Part shown: positions 39,589-52,173 of the stretch, one piece after another
How positions within the stretch are numbered: position 1 is the first letter of the stretch
Layout of the letters: each line of letters starts with the position of its first letter
NCBI GenBank assembly: GCA_051294905.1
Contig: CM119371.1
Coordinates: 18,354,001 to 18,414,000, forward strand
Length of the DNA: 60,000 bases
Direction of reading: 5' to 3'
DNA from: Botryllus schlosseri
Lineage: Eukaryota
Notes under the pieces: generated by a model
What the model was told of the DNA's origin: nothing
The model's database searches: none
The model's input: only the letters and a program-made list of their open reading frames with translations
Program-made: the position numbers and the translations under genes

Positions 39589-40072
39589 CTCTACTCACTG
39601 AGTTGGATTGACTCGGTGGTAAATTGAAAATGACTCGAGTCAAAACTATAAAAGCGAGATGGACTTGTGACTTGGTTACAACGCTGTGCGAGAGTACTGC
39701 AGTATGTAGATAAAGAATATTCCTGCTGTGACATACATTGAAAAAATTTACTGCTATCAAGTGTTACACAAAACCACCAATTTGTTTAGCAGTGATCGTG
39801 CCATATTGTGCATTCTGAAATAAGGTTAACAGTAAATAGCAGCCAATGATTTCAATGCAAATACAAGCAAACACATCAAATGCTAGCACATTTCAATGTG
39901 TCCGTCCGACCAAGTCAGTCACAAAATATGTGTCACTCTAAAAATGGCGGGTGGGATGATCAAATCCAGTTACACGAATACTCTGTTACTCTTTACTCCC
40001 TACTTTGAAGGCCAATGTCTGTCGATAGACTGAGTGAAACTGTTGACCTGCCCTTTTTAGTAATCAGCTTAC

Positions 40073-40581
40073 CAGGGCTGTAACTAAGTCACGAGTCAAT
40101 GTCACTTTTATAGTTTCGACTCGAGTCATTTTCAATTCGCCACCAAGTCAAGTCCGAGTCCAAGTCCGCTAGTAGTTGGTCGAGTCCGAATCTGTGTTTT
40201 GACTGGAGTCCAAGTCCAAGTCATTATGTTTCCAGTTCAACCCACCTTTTCAACTCTGCTCGAGTAATAGAGAATGGCTCGCATTCATGATATATTTATT
40301 TTCCTCATCCTCCCTACTTTCCAAGTATCAGGACTGATAGACGAAATACCAACAATGTGGTGACTTTACTGTTCTTTGAAGTTACAAGAAAATGTCTGTC
40401 TTGGCCGTCCTAGTCTCGAGTCATATGACTCGGTTTGAGTCATGCACAATGACTCGAGTACAAGTCGAGCCAATACAAAAATTGACTCTGTCGAGTAATT
40501 CAACTCATTTGAAAAAATGACTCGAGTCACCATAAAAATCGCAACTCGAGTCGACTCATGACTCGAGTCATTACAACTCTG
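40073..40581 (-). mobile_element. Family B short copy
   Basis: TIRs; perfect TSD cagcttac. Confidence 0.87.
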
Positions 40582-40631
40582 CAGCTTACCAAAAGTCTGT
40601 GTTAACATTTGATATTAGTACTAGGTGAAAG

Positions 40632-41943
40632 CAGGGTTGTAATGAAATGACAACAGTCCCATGGACTCGACTTGAGTAGCAATTTTTCGTTGACTCGAGT
40701 CATTTTCTGAAAACTAGAAAATGAATCGACTCGAGTCAATTTCTGTAATGACTCGACACATTCAGGACTGATAATTAAAAACTAGGCCTTTGTTTAAATA
40801 AACACGTGCAGAGTGAGAAAAATGAGTAATTGAGTATATTATGAATCCGAAGACATCGATATCATCAAAGAGTTTCATAGAAGTGAGTTGAGCATGACCT
40901 GAACTAGATAGCTATTACTAGGGTTATCATACGTTCCCTTTTAAGAAGTTTTTCCTCCTTTTCAATAAATTGAAAGTGTTCCCGGAGGACACCTAACTGT
41001 CTTCTTTTTTGGGAATGTGTCCTCAATCCTTATATGACAAGGATTGAAATGCCATGAATGATGCGACTCCGACGCAGCTAACGTCGGAGTTCTGTAAAAA
41101 ATCTGGTAAATCGGGAGTTGAGTCAAAGTGGCGAACTTTTTTTAGTCAACACAGTGTTATCGGAAAATAAATTTGCAAAATCACCAGTTTTCCTCTCCAG
41201 TGCTCGAGGTTTCAGAATTTAAGTTTCCTCTTCTGAGGATCTCAAAATATGGTAACCCTAGCTAACAGTAAACGCTATGACGTGGACTCGAGTCTAAACA
41301 GTAGGACTCCGTACGTTGCTTCCCGACTTAGACTTGCCTTGGTGTGAATTGAAAATGTCTCGACGTGACTCGAGTCAAAACAAAAAAAGTCAAATTGACT
41401 TGCGATCGGGAACCTTGTGACTTGGTTACAACTAGGGCTGGGCACAATGATTCGAGTACTCGAATCTGAATCGAGTGTTAATTTTAATGATTCGAGTCGA
41501 GTAGTAAAAGACGATTATTTCGAGTACTGAAATTTTCCGCTCCTTGCCACCGAAAGTTAATTTATCAACGAGAATTATAGTTTCGATACTAATTTTCACC
41601 GTTGAGGCCTTGAAACCTTGATTGGCCGTATTGTAGCATACGAAACATGTAGTACACAGCTACGAAAGTTACAGGAAATAGCATATTTCCGAAGTCATGA
41701 TCATCCCACAACATTGTCACAAAGTGCAATGAAATCGGTATGGTCGAAAAAATGTGATGGATAAAATGCATTATATTTTTATGGTCGCATCAAAAGTACG
41801 TATTTGAACTTTGACATAGTACATTCTGTTATGACGTCATAATGAGTGATACTCGATTACTCGACTCGACTCGAAGCATTTTACGTGATTCAGAATCGAA
41901 TCACTCAGGTACTCGATTTTGCCCAGCCCTAGTTACAACCCAG
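40632..41943 (+). mobile_element. Family B copy with nested F (40919-41260) and G (41433-41931)
   Basis: cagggttgtaatg start; right TIR interrupted by G; no matching TSD seen. Confidence 0.65.
41433..41931. mobile_element. Family G hAT MITE
   Basis: TIR tagggctgggca / tgcccagcccta; perfect TSD gttacaac. Confidence 0.9.
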
Positions 41944-43245
41944 CTTTTGATCTCTGTCGATGGCAACTGTGCCTGTAAAGGACTTGTATGTATAAGAATT
42001 CCAAATATCCGCCTTGCAGCTTCAGCAGCTTGACTTTGCCGTGTAATCTTCTTCGCGTGGCGTTGTGGTACGTCTTTCTTAAAATGATTTCTGCCTAGAG
42101 CGATCTTAGCAGCATGAAGCTTGTTGTGATACTTGAGAGAGCTCTTTTGCGTGAACCTTGTCCCGCAAGTATTGCATTGATAATTTTTGTGCCCGGCGTG
42201 CGATCTTTCATGTCTCTGCATCGAAGTTTTGTGAGTGAAGGCTTTTCCGCAAATGACACATTTATGATCTCTCTTGTCGCTATGAACCATTAAATGACTC
42301 TTGAGGTAACTCTTAGTAGCAAATTCCTTCTCGCAAACGTGGCATTTATGCTTATCGCCGGCGTGATTACCCATATGATTCGTCAGGTTACTCTGTTGAA
42401 CAAATTCTTTCCCGCAGACTCCGCACTTGAAATTTTTTCTGCCAGCATGAGCATGAGCAATGAGCATCCATATGCCGATTCAGGTTATATTTTTGAGCAA
42501 ATTTTCTTCCACATTTATTGCATACATGCTCTTTGATACCAGTGTGAATGCTCATATGGCTCATCAGATTACTCCTATGAGGGAAAACTTTCCCACAGAC
42601 ATCACACTCCTTACCTTTTTTTACTATACTGGAATGAATTTCCTTATGTCTCTTTAGCCCTGCTTTCCGAGCGCAAGCTTTCCCACAAGCTTCGCATGGA
42701 TATTTTTCGGCAGTCACGGGAAGACTTGGAATGTCAGACGCCACGGTGATATCTTCTGAAATTTTTCTTTCCGACCCATCGCAAGATATTTTTATGGCGG
42801 CATGTCTTTTCATATGTCGATTCAGGTTTTGAGCAAATTTTCTTCCGCATGTATCGCATACATGCTTCTTGATACCAGTATGAATGCTCATATGAGTCGT
42901 CAGATTATTGCTACGATGGAAAACTCTCCCACAGATCTCACACTCCTTAACTTTTTTCACTGTACTGGAATGATTTTTCATATGCCTCTTTAGTCCGGCT
43001 TTACAAGAGCACACTGTTCCACAAGTTTCACATAGATATTTTTTGGCCATTACAAGAAGATGTGGAACGTCAGACACGGCGGCGATATCTTCTGAAATTT
43101 TTCCTTGGGTCTCATCTTCTTTTGCCTCACAAGGATTAGGCAGTGTTTGTTTCTCCGTCAATATTATCTGAATATCCGATTCCATTGGCGTTGCAGCAAG
43201 ATATTTTGACGTGAAGATCCGAAAAAACGACCCAGTACAGATATC
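41901..43245 (-). pseudogene. C2H2 zinc-finger gene (ZNF-2), 10 fingers, frameshifted after finger 6
   Basis: ORF 42388-43185 (6 fingers) and ORF 41901-42467 (4 fingers) overlap in different frames. The junction is a TGCTCAT micro-duplication. The frame stays open for 20 codons upstream of the ATG to a candidate acceptor (ttgttag|gat) at 43245. Confidence 0.8.
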
Positions 43246-44558
43246 CTAACAAATCAGGGTACCGATTATGATGAACTACTAATCAAATTAAGTTCCCTAT
43301 CAAAAACTGCAAAAAATTTATAAGGAAATATCACGACAAAGCAAATAAGCAATAATCAGAGGCAGGGTTGCAATGACTCGAGTCACGATTTTCTGATGAC
43401 TCGACTTGACTCGAGTCATTTTCTCCAAATACGGCCAAGTCATATGACTCGAGACTCAGACGACCAAGACCGACAATTCATTGTAATTTTGCAGAATAGT
43501 AAAGTAACCACACCATTGGGATATCGTCTATCGGCACTGGTACTTGAAAATGCAACCAGAAACTGCTAAAAGTGAGAAAAATTTGTGTATTATAACTGCA
43601 AACCTTTCCATATCACCAAACAGAGTTATAAAAAGTGGGATTCACGATTACCGGTTGGAATGAATTCAAATTTGGTGTACATCCTATTTCAAGGCAAGCA
43701 AGCAAGATTTGAAAAAATAAGTTTTTTTTTCAACAACCCTAGTGAACGACCGTCTGGCTCTCAAATCTATAAAGGAGGACATTTTGGATTTCTTAAAAAA
43801 AGAGGACAAATCCTCCTGCAGGAGGATGTAAAGTAGCCCTACCAATGGCGCTATGAAGCGGTGCTAATTTCAAAAATATGAAAATGGCATGTAGATTCAG
43901 GGAAAAAGCCTGGACCCATGTATAATAAATACCCTGCACGAGCAGTATGTTTGACACCCCTGCTCTACGGCATTGTCTCTAAACGATTGTAGATAGAGGT
44001 AAAGCCTGCGAGGCCCGGGACTCGATAGTTCAGGCCAGTGAGGATTGCACGCAATGACCAAATTTCGCACGCGTACAAATGGCAAACCAACTCAGCAGGC
44101 GATCGTATGCTGTTGTGCAGCTAATTGGCAACAGGCCTCTCGTTATTTGGCAGCGTCCAACACTGATAATATGAATTACTGGGCAGGATGGCTGAAGGTG
44201 ACGGGCGATTGACAGAAAACAAGAAGGTGTGATTCAAGGTTTTATTTCGAGGGAGATTTTTTCAAGAAATGTGCCTGTGAAATATGCACCCCTCGATTTT
44301 GTGCACTATTCATGGAAAATCACAGTCCATAGTAACTGACCGCCTCTGTGAGTGACAACAAGCAAGTAATATTATTTCGGAGCAATAGTTTCTTTGCTAC
44401 TTTCCACTAGGGCTGGGCACAAAGATTCCAGTAATCTATTCTGCATGGAGTATTAATCCTAATGATTCAAAGCGATTAGTGAGAGACTGTCTTTTTAACT
44501 ACTGAAATTTTATGCCATCTGCCACTATGAGTGAATGAAGTAGAATTATAGTTTCAAT

Positions 44559-44935
44559 CAGGGTTCTAATGACTCGAGTCACGACCAAGTCATATGACTC
44601 AAGACTAGGACGGCCCAGATAGACATTTCATTGTAACTTCGAAGAACAGTAAAGTCACCACATCATTGGTATTTGGTCTGTTAGTCCTGATACTTGGAGA
44701 ATACGGCCATAAGCTGTTAGGACGGAGGAAAATTACGATATTGTGAATGCGAGCCATTCTATATCACTCGGGCAGGGTTGATAAAAGTGGGTTTGACCGG
44801 ATTGAACTCAAAACCGACCAGTGAACACGATGACTTGGACTCGGACTTGACTCGGTGGTGAATTAAAAATGACTCGACTTGACTTGCGTCAAAACTATAA
44901 AAGTGAGATTGCCTTGTGACTTGGTTACAACCCTG
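44559..44935 (+). mobile_element. Family B copy nested in a family G copy (44408-~45075)
   Basis: TIRs; TSD gtttcaat/gtttcaac. Confidence 0.83.
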
Positions 44936-47320
44936 GTTTCAACACTGTGGAAGCGTTGAAACCCCGATTAGTCGTATTGCAACAATCATGTCTGTGAAAG
45001 GTACAGACGTTACAGGAAATACCATCTGTGAAGTTGTGATTGACCCAATCCATTACCGCAAAGTGCAATGAAGTCTATTTATCGGTTGTCCTTTTCTCTT
45101 CATTACTCCATTCCTCGTCATCACTCGATTCGCTTACAGATTTCATCTTCTTGAGACATGTGTAGCATACTTTCAAACCTGGTATAATTGTTTCGTATTT
45201 CTTTCTCAATTTAATTGCGGAGATCCAAACTAATTATGTGTGTTCCTTTGGGGTGTTTCGACGTTTTTCTTCGATGTACTCCAAGTAAATCGCAACATCG
45301 TTTAGACGAAACTGTCGTAAATTTTTTAAGGTAGTACACTTCATGATGCAGGCATGAGTTTACGCCAACTTTTCCAGCTGCGCTACCTATGCCTGATCGC
45401 CACAGAAGCAATTTTCTTTCCTTTACTGGAAGCTTACTCAGAGGCTTGAGCAATTTTTTCCTGTAGTAGGACAGGGAATGACAATGATGGATGCTATTTG
45501 TGAGTGAGCCAATGGTACATGGCTCAAGTTCCGTTTCTTTGTTTTGTTGCAACATAGTATTCTGTTCTGATTAGCTATGTTACCTACATTACCTAGTCTA
45601 TAAAAATCGAAGAAACAAAATATTTGCGATGGTAACTGCACTCAAAACATTTTATAGGTGGCGCCAAAGAGGCACCAATTTTCAAATATTTGCAAAACTG
45701 GCTAATCCATGGTGGAATAATGTAGGCCTACAATTTGAAAATCCAATTTTATATCAACAGTACTGGCTTCAGAGTACATTTTGCACTAATTTTTCTTGTG
45801 TGAACAGAATTCCACATCAATCTTAAGTCTGTGCCCCCATTTTTTTCATCCATAAGCTTTTTTCATCGAGTTTAGAGCGAAAAAGTTTATTTTTTTTTTC
45901 AATTCCTTGGCCCCAGAATTGGATAATCAGACATTTTCATCGGTTTTCTACTATCATTAAAGCGAAAAATGTCGATTTTAGAGATTTTTGCATGTTGCGC
46001 CACCTAGTGCCAAGAGAATTTTGAATCTGTCTGAATCTGATAATTTTTAAAATCTATTTTATTCACTCAGAATTCAAAAAAGAACAACACTTGTAAATGC
46101 TGGACAATTCTAAGGGTATGCATATGCATTAGCATTACAAATGTAAAAAATTTGCTGAATTACAATGGAACGAGTCATAGGTATGATTGAAAAAACACCA
46201 AATAGGCCTAATGTTCAATTTGATGTGAAACCGTCATTATATTCTTTGCGGTCGCTCAAAGTACATATTTGAACTCTCCTCATCTCTCATGCTGTTCATA
46301 CTGCTACTTCTAATACACTACACACACGCACTACCTTTATACACTAGCTTCACTCTTACTTCAGTTATTGTCATAGTTGGAACTCTTTTTTGGAACGAAT
46401 TACTCAATAAAAATTTTTCACTGATTTTTCAAGTTTAGATGCGACTGAGAAGAATATGCGATAGATTGTGCAATATTGTACATTTTCAAATATGGTAACA
46501 CTACAACAGCCGCAACAGTGGTTTCAATGCAAAGACAAGAAAATTACACAAACAAATAGCACCTGTGATGCGTTCGACGCGGTCAGTTACAAAACACGTG
46601 TCACATTGAAAATGGCATGTCAGATGGTCACAGATAATGCATGAAATCAACAAAATAAATCCCGCGATATGAATACTCTAAACTCCTATAAAAACTAAGG
46701 ACGATAAAGCACTCTAGTACCTGAGTAGTGACAAAAACGAAAAGTCGATAGCTTTGCGCATTCCTAATATCTACGGCTTTTTGGTACCGTAAGTTGATGA
46801 CTAAAAGAGCGTCATCAGTCTCATCACGTTCGCCAAGGCACAATCACGGTTTTATTGCCAGAAACCACGCGCTAAGGCTGTGGTTCCCAACCTTTTTTGT
46901 CTTGAGGACCCCTTTGGCCGATATATCAGCCACAATTCCCTGTAAGTAATTAAGCAGTCTCGGACTAAAACGGGATATCTTTCCATTACAAGCACTAGTT
47001 GACTAAATAACAAGGATATCGCCGTGGCTTTCAATCTCTGTCAGAGATGCCCCTTCAAAAGCGGACCGCATTACATTCTGGTGACGTACCACGGCCCAAT
47101 CAGTCTTGCCGCCCCGAAAATGAATGAATGAAAAAAATATGGTAGTCACGTTCGGTTGTGGCAACGCTGCAGTAAATTTTAACATGTTTTCGCAATCGGC
47201 TATCTGTTGACTAAAAATGAAACGTCACTTTCGATTACAACGAATTCGAAATAAATGGATAAATTAGATATGTTTTTTCTTCACAATCTTGACTCAATTG
47301 AATACCGGTAGTACATTTGT

Positions 47321-47677
47321 ATTGAAATGAACCCGAATATTTGCCACTAGTCAGGGGTAATCGTTAGCAATTACTAGAGAATTGGAAAGAACATTGTATA
47401 TCAACACTTGTATCACAGAATATGACGTCACAGGCATGAAATTTCGAATAGAGCATTCAATCAATACTATTTTTAGATTCTACACCAACTTCTTTTGTTA
47501 TTGTACCATCTTAAAATAGTACATTGAACCTGAACGCTCTCTTATTCGAAATTTCTGCTGGTGACGTCACATTTTGTGATACGATTGCTGATATACATTG
47601 TTCGTTCCAATTCTCTGCTAGTTGCTGACGATTGCCCCTGATGAGTGTCAGCCGAAAATATTCAGGTTCATTGCAAT
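47321..47677. mobile_element. Palindromic MITE
   Basis: Inverted arms of ~130 bp; one arm recurs at ~23005-23140. Confidence 0.7.
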
Positions 47678-47948
47678 ATCGTTATACTATTAAATTGTAT
47701 ATATATTGAAGCTCTTTGCCTCCCAGAAACTCTTCAAATCTCGACTCAAAAAAAGATGAACACTTTTACTAGCAGACTCGTCGTGATGATGTGATATTCC
47801 CGCTTAGGAGAAATTTCTCCGTAGCTTATGTCCATTGTTAGCATTCCGGAAAAATAAAGTTTTGTCAGATTTTGATTTCGACCACGGTTATTGGTTAGCC
47901 TATGTTTTCCATAAACTAGGCTTTCCAAAGATGTTAAAAATGGGCATT

Positions 47949-48931
47949 GGGGCTGTTCTAAAAAAATCTTTTTTAAAAATTTTTCTGGCTATTTGATAAA
48001 ATTGTTTGTTTGCTGCCTAAAAAATGCTGCACACCAATTTGGGCTTGATGACTAACTTACGCATATGATAAGCTTGGCAACGAGTCTGGAAGTGCTGTCA
48101 ATTAGCGAGTCCCTGATATCTCGTGAACAATTAGAAATACGGGCTATATCAACGCGTATTACACAGACTCGGCAACGATTTACGCAGGTTAAAATGTCCG
48201 AGTTAATATGGAATCTGTTATATAATGGCACCGATTTCAGGCCAAGAAGACATGATAACCTTTTTGTAAATATAGAAAAGTCTTTATTAATTCCCTATGG
48301 AGTACACAATGTATCCAAACTGCGAATAAGTATGTGCTATTCAAGCAACACACATCTCTTCTTCCTAAACAAGCTACGGAGTGACCGATTTTCCTCAACT
48401 AATGCGATTGATGCATTGTAAACATTGTAGAGCGTTTCACAGAGTCTGACTCATGCATCAGCCGGGTCGGACTGGTGTTTATAGTGAGACGCTCTACAAT
48501 GTTTTGATGGTATCGATCGAATTAATTGAGCAGAAGAGAAGACGATACCAGATGTGTTACATTGTGCACAGACGAATCTCGCTAATTGGCAACACACTTC
48601 TCTAAAATTTGCCGCGCAACACTGATAATACGACTTCTTGAATTGCAACTGAATATTAGCGCCAGAATAGTCATTTCAAAAATACGATGTTTCGACCCCC
48701 CCTCTGGTTACGCGTTTTTCAGACAACCAAACTTTCATGGGCTAGCCGGTAAAATCTGCAAATTATTTATATCTAATTTTAATAGATAAATCCTAACTTT
48801 TTCTTATATAGCAATGCCTCTACAGGTTGGAACTGAGCCAAAATTGGTGTGCAGCATTTTCGTAGGCAGCCTAACGATTTTATCAATGTAGCCAATAAAA
48901 TTTGAAAGAAAAGTTATTATTGAACAGTCTT
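47949..48931. mobile_element. Long-TIR element related to the 57-kb palindrome
   Basis: ggggctgttc...gctgcacaccaa versus ttggtgtgcagc...gaacagtctt; arms ~105 bp. Confidence 0.65.
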
Positions 48932-49184
48932 AATGGGCCTAAGCTACTCAGATTCCACCGTGGAGGCTACAGTTCCGACTGGAAACCAGGCAAAAGAAAT
49001 ACACATTGACAAGATCTACTCTCAGACTTTGCAGTTCTGATATAGAAGATATGAAACATTTGGCGAGTCGAGGCGTACCATCCTTGACAATTCTTAACCA
49101 GATTCCCGTCTAACAGCTATGAAATTACCCCTGCACTTGGGAACGGTGATAAGAACGTATCAAAGCAATGATGATGATGCAGTC

Positions 49185-50462
49185 TCATCCGACATTACCC
49201 CCGAGTCCCGAGTTCTCAACTTGTGCATCTTGAGTTAGGTGAGGGCTGTCTTTTTCTAATGGTGTTGTGGTTTCCAGTCTTTGATAAAATGACTTGAGCC
49301 AAATTGGATCCTTGTAGCATGGATGAGACTTGAGAGAACTCCTTTGAATAAACTTTGTACCGCATATATCGCATTCGTGATTCTTGCTCCCAGTGTGCAG
49401 TCTTTCGTGCCGCTTCATCGAAGATTTGCGAGAGAAGGTTTGCCCGCAAACTCCACATCTATGGTTTTTCACGCCGCTATGAACGACTAAATGCCTCTTG
49501 AGGTAACGCTTGGCGAAGAATTCCTTCTCGCAAACGTGGCATTTGTGCTTCTTGTCCGAGGCGTGAAGTTCCATATGATGTATCAAGTTACTTTTCAGAG
49601 TGAATCCTTTCCCACATAGTCTGCATTTGAACTTTTTACCGCCAGCTTCGGTATCCGAACAAGTCTCGAAGTAATCTTTTTGAGAGAACCCATCTTCAGA
49701 TACGACACCATCACCATCACACTTGGTCCTAGCGTGCAATTTCTCGTGAGCCTTCAACGACGTGTTGCGTGAAAAAACCTTGTGACAGACTCCACATTTA
49801 TGATTCTTAACGCCAAAGTGAACGTGAGCCAAATGAGACTGGAGGTAACGTTTGGAGACGAACTCCTTTCCGCATATTTCGCACTCGAGCTTCTCGTTGT
49901 GAACATTCATGTGACACGTCAGGCTACTCCTTTGAACGAAACCTTTCCCGCAAACGTTGCATATGAAATTTTTCAAGCCCGCGTGAATATCCATGTGCGG
50001 CTTCAGACTGGATTTATGCGCCATCATTTTGCCACATATATGACAAGTGTACTCTTTGATACCGGTATGACCACTCATATGCATCGTCACGAGAGTCATA
50101 GTAGGGAATTCTCTCCCACAAATTTCACATTCATGTCCTTTCTGTCTGAAACCGGTATGAATTTTTGTATGCCGCGTCAAGACTGATTTCTGGGAGAACA
50201 CTTTTTCGCAAGTTTTGCATGGATATTCTTCAGCCTTCACAGGAAGACTTGGGACATCAGCTTCCGCGGCAATATTTTCTGGAATTTTTCCTTGGGTCTC
50301 ATCGCGAGACGTTTTGCTGGCGGCATGCGTTTTCATGTGCCTCTTCAAGGATGCTTTTAGAGAAAATACTTTTCCGCATGTTTTGCATGAATGTTCTTTC
50401 GGTGAGCGAGGAAGGCTCAGTATCTGTCTCCATGTCAGTAGTTTCTTCACTTTATTTTCCAT
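49185..50462 (-). CDS. C2H2 zinc-finger protein (ZNF-3), 10 intact fingers plus a broken 11th
   Basis: 425-aa ORF with tandem C2H2 motifs. It shares the DETQGKI.E.IAA..DVP.L.V.A..Y.C spacer with ZNF-2. Confidence 0.88.
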   Translation of the reverse strand: MENKVKKLLTWRQILSLPRSPKEHSCKTCGKVFSLKASLKRHMKTHAASKTSRDETQGKIPENIAAEADVPSLPVKAEEYPCKTCEKVFSQKSVLTRHTKIHTGFRQKGHECEICGREFPTMTLVTMHMSGHTGIKEYTCHICGKMMAHKSSLKPHMDIHAGLKNFICNVCGKGFVQRSSLTCHMNVHNEKLECEICGKEFVSKRYLQSHLAHVHFGVKNHKCGVCHKVFSRNTSLKAHEKLHARTKCDGDGVVSEDGFSQKDYFETCSDTEAGGKKFKCRLCGKGFTLKSNLIHHMELHASDKKHKCHVCEKEFFAKRYLKRHLVVHSGVKNHRCGVCGQTFSRKSSMKRHERLHTGSKNHECDICGTKFIQRSSLKSHPCYKDPIWLKSFYQRLETTTPLEKDSPHLTQDAQVENSGLGGNVG

Positions 50463-52173
50463 TGGGCTTGCAGGATGCTTTGGTGGTGATAAAGTACAGA
50501 GTTAGCAGGCTAGTGAGTACAGATCTTGGAAAAAATCACGGTCTCTAACCTAATTATGAAGAGCAACCAATTAAACAATGTTTTCTAAAGAAAACCTGAG
50601 TACATTTAAAAGGAATTACTATTGTGAAATACGGTATATGCAGGATTTTTAGAGAATATGCTTTTGGTAGTGACAATGCCAATTTCAACATGGCTTTTCC
50701 TTCAGGGATGTCATTTTCTCGAGAAATATTCTTTATCTCACATCTCACACACCATCTTGACTTCTTGTGTGAAACCTCTGCACTGAATATTACGTCCAGT
50801 CAATTGGAACAAGATAACCTAACCTGTACAGTTCGGGTGAATAATTCAGTTTCGACTTCTGGAACTTCAAACTCGGCCTAGGATGAAAACTACGGTAAGC
50901 TTGTCAGCTAGTCCGGTAGCCTACATCTTAGTCTTTTTCATACAAACTTCACTCCCTGAGTGGAATTGGTGGCAAACGTCACGTGCAACTTTTAATTTAA
51001 TTATCTAATTATTCTACGAAAGAAACCCTTCCACCACGCGCAACTTATTGACGAAAATAACCACCGATTCCAGTCTGGCTTCACTCTTGCCTAGGCTGGA
51101 TCATGTTCACAAACCGCCAGTCAGGATATTAAACAGTCTGCTACTGATAAAAATGTGCTGCAAGCAAGGCATTGTTCTATTGCGTTGGTTCTTCAATTAC
51201 TAACTCTCCAAGTAGGCCTGCAAATTATTCAAAGCTCACAAAATAGCATTTTCATTTACAAATATTTCTTCAACAAAAACACTTGATTTGCCGAATTTTG
51301 AGAAAATATACACTAGATTGACTAGAACACTAGGTTAAGTCAAAATACACCAAATCTAGTGTAAAAACACTTGGAATGGTACCACTGAATATTAGATGAA
51401 ATCAAATTTGCGAAATTTCACGAGGGGAGACATGATAAAACTTCGTTACTTGCACCATAACGTCGAAACATCATGCGGTACCGACTGCGACCTGCAACCG
51501 AATCGATTTGGCGCGAGCTCAACCCCCATCTTTATCGAAAGATGCTGTCAGACTGATCCTAATGTTATCAATAGTATAGCTGTCGGGGAACTAAAAGCCG
51601 CATTCTACCAGCACCGGCCGCACGACGCACACAAAATCTTCGATTTCCCAGTTCAAGTATGAGGTAACAATTAACAAACAATAACAACGAATCTAAAGAA
51701 GGCGTATATAAATTGGTGATACTAACAATGTCGGCGATGTCATCTTATTTTGTTGATGTCACCATTGAGCTATATATGTCACCCATATATCTTGAGGATG
51801 GCACCGAAGAAATCGTAATTTTGACGGTGTTACGATCAGAAATTAGACTAGCTCTCACTCCCCAAACTGCCAAGTGAAGTTTTAAAATCGTGCAATATGA
51901 AATTCTGGCAGCTACATGAATACCTTCTCAAAAGATTTGGTGTTTTAAACATAGAAGATATGAGGAAGCTAGAAGTTTATGTATCAGGTCCATTGTGGTC
52001 AATGTCCCTCAAATTTCAACGACTACTTCACCTCAGAGTCAAAAGTACAACACACGCGCGTCAACGAAGAACAACTACTATATGATCAGGACGGAATACA
52101 AGAAAACGCATTGCTCTATCAAGTATGCCGGACCCCAATTTTGGAACAGCCTCTCGTCGGCTATGCGACAGTC

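Larger units (their letters stand above)
36138..39686 (+). mobile_element. Family B copy split by nested family D and A elements
   Basis: cagagttgtaatgactcgac start and ggttacaacgctg end; the segments join when the TSD-flanked inserts are removed. Confidence 0.75.

Noticed and set aside
49216..50548. Antisense and alternative-frame ORFs over the ZNF genes (also 16320-16854 and 42294-42993)
   Set aside because: These are shadow ORFs of repetitive zinc-finger codons.
50554..50880. Upstream coding exon of ZNF-3
   Set aside because: An acceptor-like site and a mostly open frame exist, but it contains a stop codon and no recognisable domain, so it is not supportable without transcripts.
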